DNA from: Azolla caroliniana
Taxonomy: Eukaryota; Plantae; Polypodiophyta
Length of the DNA: 64,000 nucleotides
Assembly: GCA_043228905.1 (NCBI GenBank)
Contig: JBHGNT010000004.1
Span: 19,716,001 to 19,780,000 of the forward strand
Direction: 5' to 3'
A model generated the notes under the pieces. It searched no databases. It saw only the letters and a program-made list of their open reading frames with translations, and had not been told where the DNA came from. Made by a program: the position numbers and the translations under genes. Shown piece by piece: positions 12,700 to 25,235 of this stretch (its first letter is position 1; each line of letters opens with the position of its first letter).

Positions 12700-15600
12700 G
12701 CTATCAAAAACCTAAATCTATATGCAAATGAAGTTGAGTCATGTCGAGAACCCCTCCCTTAGTAAAGATGTGAAAAACATGGGTTGGAGGTCATTTTCAA
12801 AGCAAGGTATCAATATTTCGAAGCCCCATCATATAATCCGGGCAGGGATGGGTGCAGCCCCAATAATCATCGAGGTATTATTCTGATCAGTGACCAATAT
12901 CCAATGCCTTTGGGAGCTCCCTAAACGAAGGTACTCAAGGTTGGCATCTATGTCATTAAAAGAACTTGCTAAACATGGAGACGTTCATTGTTGGTATGCT
13001 GAAACAGAACAATGGTTCGAGACACATGGCATAATCATAATAAAAAAACTATTGTCGCTCCAATATAGTTTGGATTGTCCCCATCTAAACATGACCAAAA
13101 TGGAAAAGAACCGAGTGATCCGAACTCACTAGAATTAAAATTTTAGAATTAGAATTTTTATCGTCCATAAAGGGGCCAAAATTGACCTATGGGACTAGAG
13201 TATACATGTGTTCTTGATATGTGTCTACTTCCTAAGAAAGGGTATTCATACATTGAAGCACAATGTCTCTATGTGTGAATAAAGCACACATATGATTTCA
13301 ACCTTCTCGGTGGTGTCATAAGTATGGCACTTAAGTTATCACTCCCTCTTAGTATGTCAGCATATCTTGCACGAATTGCACTATATGTCGAGCATGTGAA
13401 GAGCAAGTGACATTCATCCTCTACCATGCCTTCATTGCATACGTTGTATGTCTTCAAATTCGTTACATTTTGATACCATGATGCAACTTCAATACCTAAC
13501 TTGTGAGATCAAGTGTGAAGTAGTGTAAGGGCTCTACGAGCATTATTACTCGTATTGGTAATGAAATAAGCTTGGATATGATCAATAGGCATTCTTGCTT
13601 TATATTGAGACCAACATTCAGGGTTGACATTTCCAATGTAGTATTCTAGCTTTGTCCTCTTAGCATCTTCCCACTTCATCCTTATTGATTCCACCAACCT
13701 TTCCTCAATCATTACATACTGCATAGCATTGCCCGAAAGCTCTAAAAGATCATCCACACCCCATCTTCTAAACCATTTCCTTATGTCAACAACCCAACTG
13801 GATGAGAGAATCTTACTTTTATGATTCTTTTGTATCTTACATCCAACATTCCAAGCAAGTTGTGGTAATCGATGATTCGATATATTCTTGACTTTTATAA
13901 TGTATTTATATACTCTTTGGAGTGCCAATAGTTCTATGGGTCGAACACTTGTTTCCAAGATCATAACCTAGTAAGAGGTAGTGCATTTAACTCCTAATTG
14001 CCTCCTTAAAAACATCTTTTGAATTTTCTTAATCTCATTCCGTGCGTTAAGAGAGATGGTGTCACCCCATACTTCTACCCCATAAAGCAATACGTGAGTT
14101 ACCATGGCATTGAACAACATTAATTTTAATTCCCATACACAAGTACCACTTTGGTTGCATTGGTTCTCCAAAAGGTAATAAGATTTCCAACCGGCTTGGA
14201 GCCTAGAATCAAATCATGCACTCCATTTATTTGTGGCGGGTACACCAATACCAAGATATTTAAAGCTTCGAACAAATTGTATATGTTCACTTCTATATGT
14301 GAGCATTAGGGTAATGCGGAGGTTGGATGGTTTGCACTACCATCATTTTTGTTTTCTCCACATTCACTGCTAGTCCACTACTATGGCAAAATTATTCTAA
14401 TACCCCAAGTAAATTTTGGATACTATCAACATCATATGAGAAGAGTACCACATCATTTGTATAACATGTAAGATAACATGTTGCATCAATTTGGGGGCAT
14501 TCAATCCTTCTCTTGCAACCTTATTCACCACTTCTTCTAATTTATCAATATATAAGCCAAAGAGTGTGGGTGATAGTGGACATCCTTGCTTGACCCCCAT
14601 GTTACTTAAAAAGTGCTTTGGGAATCCACTATCCATTTTTAGTTGGCATTTAACTTGTTCATATAGGAGTGCAACAGCAACTCGATACTCTAATGGCATA
14701 TCAATCTTTACCATTCTATGCCAAAGCTCACTTCGTGGTACGGTATCAAAAGCTTTCTTAAAATAAAAAAAACAACAATAAAATGTTTTTTCTTGTAGTT
14801 GATTCTCTTCCATGATTACTCTCAATGTGACCAAATGATCCACAGTGGAGTGTTTTGGTCTAAATCCTACTTGCCCAAGTGCTCTTTTGCTTGTACTTTC
14901 AACCCATGTGCTTATCTTTTGCCCCATAATAATGCTATATAATTTAGCAATAGTTGAGCTCACCATTATTGTACGATAATTTGATACTTGATTCTTATCT
15001 CCAGCTTCAAATATTGGTTTAATCCAATTCATAAGCCAATCATTTGGAAATCCTTGTTTTATAGCTTGATCTATAATTGTCATTATCCAATGATGAGTAT
15101 GTGGCATTGTCCATTTTAAAAGCTCACTTGAGACGTAGGTTGCATCTGCTGCTTTCCCACTTGCCATCTTCTTTATTCCCTTATTTACATCATCAATATC
15201 GATACATGTAGTGCATGGTGTTTCAATTTTCTCAACCATAGGAGCCACACCTTCATGCATATATAGTCACACTATAATATCAACATCGAAAACAACATAA
15301 CACGGATCAGCCCCACAACATCTCTTGGTAGGAAGATGACCCACTATAAGACACTTTTTACAAGCATTAGAGGATGGATTCATTATTAGGCCCTCTTATG
15401 TAGACATACATCTATCCCACGTGTAGCATAGTGTGATAGGGCAGCTGAAAACTTCTTCACATCAATTAGAGATTGAGGTCAGCAAATATGCACAAATACC
15501 TCTAGCAGAAAGAATTTGTGAACTGTATCATCAGAGAGTGAAATCTAAAGGACACTATGTTTGTCCTTGTTACTGTTTTTTAATGAAAGAAGAGGGAGAT

Positions 15601-15900
15601 ACCATTGCCTCTTTAAGCAAAGGTTTTGCCCACTACACAAGGTAAGGGATTATGAGGACTAGGGTGCCTAGGGTTTTTATTGCTAGAACTCAAGAGAAAC
15701 AAGGAGAAGTTGTTAAGGACAACAATACAGCCACACAAGCTCATCAACAAGAACAATCGTCACTTTCTTTGCTACAAGTCACACAAGGGCTACAATTCAA
15801 GAGTCCATAGAAAATTTTCGGGACGTTTGCGAACATAACATATCAGTTATAGATTTTGTATACTACTTCAAGCATAGTGTGGTCAAGAATCAAGATGTAG
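12700..15900 (+). mobile_element. Old RTE-like LINE 3' remnant (outer), split by a second LINE
   Basis: ORF pieces 12890-13132 and 15433-15645 (QLKTSSHQLEIE...ERIC...H..C) read as consecutive parts of a LINE ORF2 C-terminus on either side of the minus-strand LINE; ends approximate. Confidence 0.6.
13131..15262 (-). mobile_element. 5'-truncated RTE-like LINE (RT plus C-terminal C..C..EDE.H..C region), pseudogenised
   Basis: ORFs 14397-15260 (NYRTIMV, Q.GFR, DF.KAFD-like, GVKQGCPLSPTLF), 13968-14171, 13509-13964 and 13269-13457; (ATTCTA)n-like tail at 13131-13160. Confidence 0.88.
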
Positions 15901-16550
15901 TGGCATCACTACTCACATCATCAATTCCAGAGAGAAGCTCAATGCTCATAAATCAACATTCATATTGATCGCTGATCAAGATTATTATATACCATCATAT
16001 TAAGGCAATGTTTATACATGGTCTCTATAAGTGATTACGTTGTTTACTTCAAGTCACTTGTAAGACAAAGAAAGAATATCTAGCAGAGCATACAATCATA
16101 TTTTTCACATGATACTGCAATGCAAATGGCCTATGTTCTTTATCATCTGCTTCCTCAAGTTCAAATCCGTGTCACTAGAATAAACTCAAAAGAGCAATGG
16201 ATGCATTAACAAATGAATCACTGATCAGATATCTCTATTAAAAATCATCACTTCCCATGTTTGCATTGCCATTTTAACATCAAACAAAGAGACTGTTTCC
16301 ATGTTTCCACTACCATTTTTAACATTCTACTATGTGGCACTTTTGATTTTTCACTGTCATTTAAATGTTAGAATCTGGCCCTTTTCTTATGTTTACTGGC
16401 CATTGTAGACCTATACTTGTGCCACTTTCCATGTTTTTATTATCATTGCAACTGTATAAAACATAGCCTTTTGCATGGTTTTACTAGTAGTCCTTGTAAC
16501 TGTATACAATATTGCACAAAATTTTAGATGGTTGAACCAATAAGACTAAC

Positions 16551-16655
16551 CTGTATAGGCTTCACAGTTGGAGGTCTTGAAGACTTGATGGGGCAAGTTG
16601 GAGGAACTCGGACAGGTTGCTTGTATTCCCAACCAAAAATATTGTAAACTTTCCT
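16551..16655 (-). CDS. Small membrane protein, coding exon 3 of 4 (RKVYNIFGWEYKQPVRVPPTCPIKSSRPPTVKPIQ)
   Basis: Acceptor TTTCTGTAG|AGG and donor CAG|GTTAGT; 105 nt, phase 0; GWEY..P.R.PP.CP motif. Confidence 0.88.
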
Positions 16656-17347
16656 CTACAGAAAAATGAAAAAAGATGAGACTAGTAAGAATAAAAAGGC
16701 ATAAATCTTCCGCTGCAGCAATATGGAAGAGAAATATCGAGGGGGAAATTACAATTTTCCCTCTCAACAAACATGAAGGAAGATGAAATTATCAGAGAGA
16801 AATGCAGTAAATCTTCCTGGGCAGACACACGAGATGTGATTATTCAGAAAAATTCTATAAATCTTCATTTAAGCAAAATTTAAGTTGTGGATTAAAGAGA
16901 GCCTAAATTTTTTTCGAGTGAAGAAACATGAAAGAAGGAACTATCAAGTAAAACAAGATTTCATTCAAATGAATATCAATTCTCTGAAGAAACATGAAAG
17001 AAAATGAAATTGCACAGAAAAATTTCCGTAAGCTTCTTCTGTAATGGATACAGATCATGCAGTAATAAAAGGGGAAATGCAGAAACATGGAATCAGATAA
17101 AATTATCCAGCAAAACACCAATTTTCGAGGGAAATGCCAAATGACATGAAATTATGAAGAGACGTTGCATTTTAAAACTTTCTCAATCTAGACATGAAAG
17201 GAGATGAAATTATTTAGAAAATAAACATCCGAAATCATTCTGTGAATAAACACCAACGATACTAAAGGAAGAAAAATGAAACTATCCAGGAAACACAAAA
17301 AAGAACTTTAATCGATTCTCCAGATAAAACTTCAGGAAGAACTTTAC

Positions 17348-17425
17348 CAGAATGAGATCCAAGATCTTTGGTAGCAAATTGATGATCGGAATAAGGAAAA
17401 GTGGCACCAAACAAGCAACACAGAC
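17348..17425 (-). CDS. Small membrane protein, coding exon 2 of 4 (VCVACLVPLFLIPIINLLPKILDLIL)
   Basis: Acceptor TTTTTACAG|GTC and donor CTG|GTAAAG; 78 nt, phase 0; hydrophobic CxxC-containing N-terminus. Confidence 0.88.
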
Positions 17426-17688
17426 CTGTAAAAATAAGAAAGTCGACAGAGTATCCTGTCAGGTTAGATTCGAAGATTTCTTTCTCAGATAATTCAGAGA
17501 TAGCGAAAGCGTGATGGCATTTTTATAATTACATACATACAAAGATAAGCCACTTTCTCAGGGAAAGTGAGTGATAGAGAGAGACGGAGTTTTCTTATGT
17601 GTTTACTCACCTATTCGAGGCTAAAATTTAAGCGAGTTTCTCAGAGAAAGACAGGAGAGAGGGAGAAAGAGATGGCGTGTGCACTGAC

Positions 17689-17691
17689 CAT
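17689..17691 (-). CDS. Small membrane protein, coding exon 1 of 4 (ATG only); 5'UTR with (GAA)n upstream to about 17830
   Basis: GCCATG|GTCAGT gives a good start context followed by a donor; splicing to 17425 yields MVCVACLVP. Confidence 0.8.
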
Positions 17692-17768
17692 GGCGAACAA
17701 ATCTCTGTGCGAAGAGAAAGGGATTGATGGATGGATGGGGACTTCTTGCTTCTGTTCCTGTTTCTGCG

Positions 17769-17799
<31 letters not shown>

Positions 17800-17968
17800 C
17801 GTTTTTCTCCTTTCTTCACCTTCACTCGTTTCCTGCGGTGAATGCTAATTAATTAAATTAGTTAACCCTTAAAATTATAACTGTTAATCCTTCGGTTAAA
17901 CATCTAATTAGAAGTTAAGTAAACTCTTAAACCCCTCAAGAATGAGTCGAGAAGAGAGTGCCAATCAC

Positions 17969-18393
17969 TAACAATCGGTAACGGTTTGGTTTGGTTTGAG
18001 AGGGTCCAAACCGAACCGTTTAAATTTTTTGAAACCTGAACCAAACCACGAAACAGTTAAACCAAACCATTAAACATTTTTCAAACTATTAAACCATTAA
18101 ACTGTAAAAACTACGGTTTCGTGGTTCGGTTTCGGTTTTCAGCATAGGTCAAATTTTTTATTTTTAAAATTTTTAAAAATTTTTAAGATGTTCCTAAAAT
18201 GTGAGAATAAGGTCTAAAAATGAAAAGGTTGTTTAAATACAAATTTTTAAAATTTTTAAAATTTTTAAAAATAAAAAATAAAAAATCATTTAATCGTTTA
18301 AACCGCGGTTTTTGACTATTGAAACCGAACCGAACCGTTAAACCGCAGTTTCACGGTTCGGTTCGGATTGAACTGAATCGTTGCCGATTGTTC
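17969..18393. mobile_element. hAT-type MITE
   Basis: Imperfect TIRs AACAATCGGTAACGGTT / AATCGTTGCCGATTGTT; many AAACCG(A) subterminal motifs; 8-bp flanks CCAATCAC / CCTGTCAC (6/8). Confidence 0.75.
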
Positions 18394-19810
18394 CCTGTCA
18401 CATTAAAATATGGTACAGACTCTCCCAATGCTTCCACCTTAAAGGAATTCTTGGATAGTATATGTTTCCTGTTAAGCATCAAGTTCAACCTTCGCCTTCA
18501 TGTGTGAACATGACTAAAGAACATGTATTGAGGTGTGTGAACGCACCACCACTTTGTAACATTAACTATGTGTCGTAGAATGTAACTCCTTATGACACAT
18601 CCGTTATAGTTAAAGCGTCCCAAGATTCTAGTGAGAGAGTGAGCATTTAGGTGAGAGAATCTAGAGAGAGGAGATCGTATAAGCACCCCCTCTCCTGTTG
18701 TTGACTGTTTTCATTTTTTCTTGTGAATATATTGTTCAACTTTATGTTTATCTCTTGCATACTCTCTTCTCTCTCACTCACACACACACACACACATCTC
18801 TATTCCACTACAAGAATCATAGTCGATTCTTTATATGGTACTAGAGCGATTGGTAGTCTGATCCAACCCATCCACCTATGTTGTGATATGTGAAATGTTA
18901 CGTGCGGAAGCTATACAAAACACAGAATACCAACAGGGAAAAACAGGTTTAATGGAGAGCTTAAGACACAATGTACGTGGGAGAGATAGAGAGGGAAAAA
19001 CACACAGAAAAACTAAATTCAAATAATGTGTAAACTTTGTAGATAGGATGTGCTCAACGAGCACTTTTATACAAGTCCATACGGACTGACAAAAGTACTG
19101 CCACGTACTTCAATGCTCATAACTGAGCTCCTACACTAACTCCCAAATATATTCCCTCGTGGAATATCTGTTCAACGGTCTCCCGGTTTCCGCACCGATC
19201 CGGCCTCTTGTTGCATACCGGTTTATGCACTGGTTTTCGACTAATGTTGAGCTTGTATCTCAACACTGCCCCTCAACCTCAACTTGAGGCTCTTCCGGTC
19301 CTTCGCTCTGGTTCCTCTTGACTACACGCCTCGCTTGCGCTCCTCGACCCGTTTGATTCCGCGCGCCTCGAACCTTACGGTCGGCTTGTCTACTCGTGTG
19401 GCCTTTTCCAGCTCCCTTGCTGTCACGGTGTTGACGCCTCTTTTGTTGATTTGGCGTCTCCGATTCGTTCTCAATTTTGGCCTTCTCGCCCTTGTTGGCT
19501 TCATCTGCCCCATGTTTGGCTGGCTCTGGCTCTTTCTTTCAGCTGCTGCCCTCTCGTCCACTTCTGGACTCATCCGCGGATCCACCTTCGGCTTCTTCAG
19601 CCACCACTAAATTGAATTCGTCATCTAATTTGGTGTTGCGGTCACTTCCGCTCCTTTCCTGCTCCTTTCCGTGGTCATGCGAGACTTTTCTCCCCCTCAA
19701 GTTCGGCACGTCGAGGTGCCGCAACCCAAGTGCACCCGAGAATTGTCGTAACTTGTCTAAACCAAGGGGCTTGGTGAAAATGTTGGCGTTTTGCCGATCC
19801 GTTGAAACGT

Positions 19811-22800
19811 TGTCGTGCCTTTCGGCTCTAGATTGTTGCGTGAGTCGGGTGGGAACCATTGAGGTTTTGGACTAGGAGAAAGAAGAATATGAGATAAGGC
19901 TAGTAATGAATAGGTAGAAAGAGAGGTAAGTTATGAATCTCGTGAATCCCACGAGTTTAGTATCTTTAATCAATATTTAGATAGTAAGAGACACTTCAGA
20001 TCACAAATTCGTGAATCCCACGAATATATTATATTAGTCAATCCTTACAAAATAATCAACAACCAAATACATCTTTCTCTCTTCCTTATGTAGTGATGGA
20101 AGAGGCTAAGCATAACATCATGCTTTTCCTAAAGTGTTCATGCCCGCTAGGTGTGCATGAGTTGCCTCCTCTCAACCATGCTTTCCATTTTCTAAATATA
20201 GTGTTCATGCACGCTAAGCATGCATGAGTAACTTTTCTTTTGTTTGCTTGTTTCTTCTAGATAAAGTTTTCACCCACTCTAAAAGTGCATGATCTGCCTT
20301 CTTGTAAAAGTAGGCGTAAATATAAGTCATATATCACTTATGATAAGTTATTACAATAGTAAAGTTTGGGTTTATTTACATGGAGGTATAGGGTTCGAAT
20401 CCTGCCCTATGCATGTAACAATCTTTTTTTCTATTTACAAATTTGTCTCTTCATCTGGTGAGAGACTCTCACTGGCCTTCTTTATCCGGCTCTTGTCGGT
20501 TCTGCTTGATCCGGTTCTTACTGTTAGGAGACAGGTCCCTCCGGATGGGAAGTGAGAAGAACAATGCTGATGAGCAAACGGCCTTGGCTGAAACCGGATG
20601 AGGAGGACCTGGCTACAGAAGACCTGGTGAGAATCAGATGTGGTGTACTCGGCAAGCGCCGGATGACGAGTACCCGGCCACGGAAGACCCGGTGAGAACC
20701 GGATGTGGTGTACCCGGCAAGCGTCGGATGACGAGTACCCGGCTACGGAGGACCCGGTGAGATACAGATGAAGTGTGCCCGGCAAGCGCCGGATGATGCA
20801 GGCCCGGTGAGGAGTGCTCATCGGATGAAGGGACATATTCGTAAATATGTTTCGGAGAGTCCATCGGGGCTATATTTGTAAATAGCCAAAAAGTCATATT
20901 AGTATAAATATGACTTAGGGCAAACTCAAAGGAGTAGAAGTTGTCATTCTTGTTGGTGCAAGAAGAGAGAGCGCGTAACAGTGTACAGAGAGAGAAAGAG
21001 GTCGTTGCCTCTGTTGTAACCGCCGCCTATGGCGAAGATCGTGAGCACGAGGTCGTTGCCTCCGTGAGCTCACTGTTGTAATCATTGTGATATAGGGATA
21101 GTTTGGAGTCTGTGGACTCCCGTGGTTTTTCCCTCTCAGGGTTTTCCACATTTAACATCCTGTGTACTCTTCTCTCCTTTGTGTCGTGTGTTTCATTTCC
21201 CGTTTTCTGTGTATGATTCTAAACTCGGTTGTGGTCAAGCGTTGCGCATAGGGAGCGTGCAGTTCCTGTCACTTACCGGGTCTCCTTACTGGGTCCTCCT
21301 TGTCGGTTCCTCCTTCATCCGGTTCTCATCGGTTCTCCTTATCGGGTCCTCCTTACCGGTTCCTCCTTCATCCAGTTCTCACTGGTTCTCCTTACCGGGT
21401 CCTCCTTACCCCATCTAGAGGGACCAAAATGCAATTTTCACGTAGTGTGCGAATTACACTACGACACTCGCCCCCTCCAAACCCGCACATCCTCTAATAT
21501 GTGCCAATGTTCCCGATGCCCGTTGTTCGTCTTCATCCGTAGCACTTTCCAATTCCTCCCTTATATCAACTATCAATTGTAGACCGCTTTCTTCGCTTTT
21601 TGCATCACCACGAGCTTTGTCCAATTGCTCCTCGTTGTCGGTCTTGTCTAAGCTTACATAATGTTCTTCATCAGTCCGTTTCTTGAAAATCTTCACCTGT
21701 TTCCCCGCTATAGGCACCTATAGTAGTGTTCCATCCAACTCGCATAGTTGGTAAGTTCCGTTGTCGAAAACTTTCCGAACTTCGTATGGCCCGAACCACC
21801 TTTTCGCGAATTTCCGTATCGTTGTATGTTGATGATCCAGACTACTGTCATAGACAATCACCTAATCACCTTCTTCAATCTTCCACGGTTGTAGTCGATG
21901 CTTTGTGTCGAATCGGCTTTTGTTCCAGAATCGCTCTTCTTGTTGTCGGTGTGTTGCTTCCGCTATGTCTTCTGGTCTTCCCTCCAACTGTCATATCCGG
22001 ACCGCCAATAGTTCTTCCCGGTTCATCTCTTCCTTCCACGGCAGAATTGTCCATGTCACAATTGCGGTTTCCGTCGGCATTACCGGTGCTTGTCCGGTCT
22101 TAAGTTCGGCTGGCATAAAACCGGTCACAGAACTATGCGTCGTATGATCCGCCCATAGTGCATACGGGAGCATCTGCGGCCAATCCTTCACCCTTCCGTC
22201 GCATGCTTTTGCAAGTGCTTTGACGATTGGACTATGTCCTCGTTCGATCTTCCCGTTGTCTTCTGGATTGTATGCTGTTGTTAGTTTAAACCGAACTCCA
22301 TGTTTGGTGAAGAATCCCCTAGCTTTATTAGAGTCGAGTTCTCTCCGATCCACAATCACTTGTCCTACGCACCCGTACCTGCAAAACACTTCTTCCAAAA
22401 TAAATTGGCATACCGCAGAACATGTTTTCCTCCGTAGCGCTCGACCTTCTATTTGGTTTGTGAGATCTTCCTGAGCTAACACCAAGTACTTCTTTTGTCC
22501 GATCTCGGTTGGCATGGCTACAATGTCGACCATCCATTTGAAGTTGATTGTCAGATGTAACTCATCTCGGTGTTGAACCCCGGAGTAGACTTGGCATTTC
22601 TCGTAGCTTTCCGTGAACTCCGCGACATCTTTGTACATATTCTTCCACCAATATCTTTGCTTAATCTTCACAAATGTTGCCCATGTTCCCCGATGTCCAG
22701 CCCAATCGGATTCGTGAAATTCGGACATTATCTGGTTTTGTTGCTCTTTTGTTCCGACTACTTGAAGTGGTATGCCATCCGGTCTTTTTGGCTCCCTCCA

Positions 22801-25235
22801 TATTAATCCATTTTTCAAGAAGAACTTTCGGACTTGCCGCTTCTAATTTCGGATCTCGGCTCTCTTCTTTTTATTGTCTGATGATTCCTCGATTTCTATT
22901 AGCACTTTCCCGATCAGCAAGCTTTCTCCCTCGTATTCTTCTTCTTGGAATTCTCGGATTACGTTCACCCGGCATATGTGCTCCGAAGCAAAGTAGTCTT
23001 CGAAAACTTCTTCATTATCGGATTCGGTTATGTCGTCTCCGAACCGCGCCCTTGATAGCATATCCGCTACTGCGTTATCTTTTTCGGAGATGTGTCATAC
23101 CTCCGGATTAAGTGACTTAACATATGCAATCCACCTTAGCATAGCCACATCCGGTATAGTACAACACCGCATCATCCCGAGTATCAGAAGACAATCCGTT
23201 TCGATCACTACTTCGGCTCCGATCAAATAATCTCGATCCGATTTGATTGCCGACATGACTCCCCATAATTCTCTTTTGACTTGTGCATACCCGCGTTGCC
23301 TTTCGTTGAGAACCTTTGCTCCGAATCGGATCGGATATTGCGAACCATCCGAATTGGCTTGATTGATGACCCATCCGATTCCGGTTGGACTTGTGTCAAC
23401 CGTTACTATGATCGGTCGGTCATAGCTCGACTTCTTAAGTGATTCCGCCCTCCGTAGTGTTTTCTTAAGCTTCTTCATGGGTTTGGTATGTTCCGGTCTC
23501 CATTCGAACTTCTTACCCTTCCGCAACAAGTGATAGAGTGGGTCCGCAATATGTGCATAGTGCGGAATCCATATATGATAGAATGCACATGCTCCAAGAA
23601 ACCTTCAGACTTCAGATTGTGACTTGCATACTTCTTTCATAGCTTGAATCGCATTGATCTTGGTTGGTGACGGTCTTCGGCCGTAGGGCCCACATAGATG
23701 TCCGACTACCAATATTTCTTCTTGTCCGAATGCCGATTTCTCTTCGGAAAGTGTTAGGTGCACATCTTCTAGGTTTCGTAGCACTTTCTCGCAATCGCAA
23801 ATATGGTCGTATACGAACTGTCGACATCCCCGATCATCCATAGTCTCATAGTTTTCTTCCACCGCGCATCCTTTCATCGGAATGTCATCTAGGAACGACA
23901 TTGTTATCTCCGGAATGCAGTCTCGAAGCACATTGTTCATTGCATTCATCATATGTGCGATCGAGTTCGTTGCACCTTGTGGTAGTGTACACATACGGAT
24001 TAATCCTATCGGTGTTCGCGTGGTAGTGATGTCTCGGCTTTGCATGGCTAGTTGGAATTGGTCATACCCGGAGTATAGGTCTCCGATGGAGTATATCGCG
24101 CGTCCGGCAAATGCTTCCGCAAATTCGTCCACTATCGGACCGACTCCGGAGTTCCGGATCGTGACCTTGTTCACCGGTTGCAAGTCTTGAATAAACCGGA
24201 GTGACCCATTCTTCTTCGGAACCGTAAACCATCTATTTGAGTACGAACCGTTTGATGGCTCTAGAATCCCCATCGCCACCTTCTCCTTGAGCAAGTCGAT
24301 GACTTTCAGAATATGCGCCCGTGGCATCAGAATCGGCTTCCAGTTCCACAACACATGATCAATCGTGAAGATCACCATCGGCTCCACTATCTTCGGATCA
24401 ACGTACCCTATCTCCTTCGATGTGAATGCAAATGCTTTTCCATGTTGTTCCAACATCTAACAAAACCGTTCTTCTTCTTTTTGTAAGAGGAAACCACCTC
24501 CACCGATCCGAAGTTTTTTCCGGGTCTCATCCGTGAAGGCATGTCCAATATCCAAGAACTTTCGAAGTGTCGGATCTCCCGAGACGTCTTTCCTCTTTTG
24601 TTCGCTATCGGCAGGTAGCGGTCCCGCGGACGGTTTCACTTTCTTCTCCACGGTCTTGTATTTCGTACTTATCATTGCTTCTTCTTTGCGGAGCGCATCC
24701 GGCCCCATTTTCTCAATGATCTCGTACATCTCGACCGATTCCACCGGAACTACCCGGTCTCCCTGGCTATTTTCTTTCACAAGCTCTTCAAGTTGTTGTA
24801 GTATGCTCCCATAGAACAGTACTTCGACTACTCCCACGATTTCTTCGTCTTCTTTTATTATTGATGCTGACCGTAACTTATCCTCTACTTTTCAGTATTC
24901 TTTCTTCATTCCTTCGGTTACGGCTGTGTACGTAGCTACCCCATCCAGACCGATTCGTACTTGTTTTGCTCCGAGAGTTTTCTTCCTCTGTGGGGTATTA
25001 GGGCTTCTCAGACTATCACTTCCCCACTCTGCAATAGTCCTCTCTAAAAATCCATCCTTGTTTGGGACAAGAGCTCTCTCTTGTTCCTTTCATGATTTGT
25101 TGGCACAGTTAGGAATTGGACGGATTCCCCTCCGATTTGGCTCCGAATTCATGCGAAAGCCGCACCGCTATCGAGCACCTTTGTCTCCATCTGTGAAGCC
25201 ATGATAAAGGGTTGCCCAAGGATCACGGAATGTGA
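19811..25235 (-). mobile_element. Gypsy D left arm: 3' LTR 19811-21466, PPT, IN-RH-RT and PR C-terminus; 5' part missing
   Basis: TGTCGTG...ACGACA LTR; PPT at 21467-21478; pol pieces 21991-24837 (YDQFQLA, LPQGATNS, FLDD, GKIERGH) with stops. Confidence 0.9.
20522..21271. mobile_element. Solo LTR (750 bp) inserted in the D-left LTR
   Basis: TGTTAG...CTGTCA ends; TSD CTTAC at 20517-20521 and 21272-21276; absent from the D-right LTR; internal ~61-bp tandem repeats at 20590-20810. Confidence 0.9.

Noticed and set aside
17605-17691. Alternative donor TAG|GTGAGT at 17611 making a uORF or lncRNA model
   Set aside because: ATG|GTCAGT gives the in-frame MVCVAC protein; 17611 is at most a minor unproductive isoform
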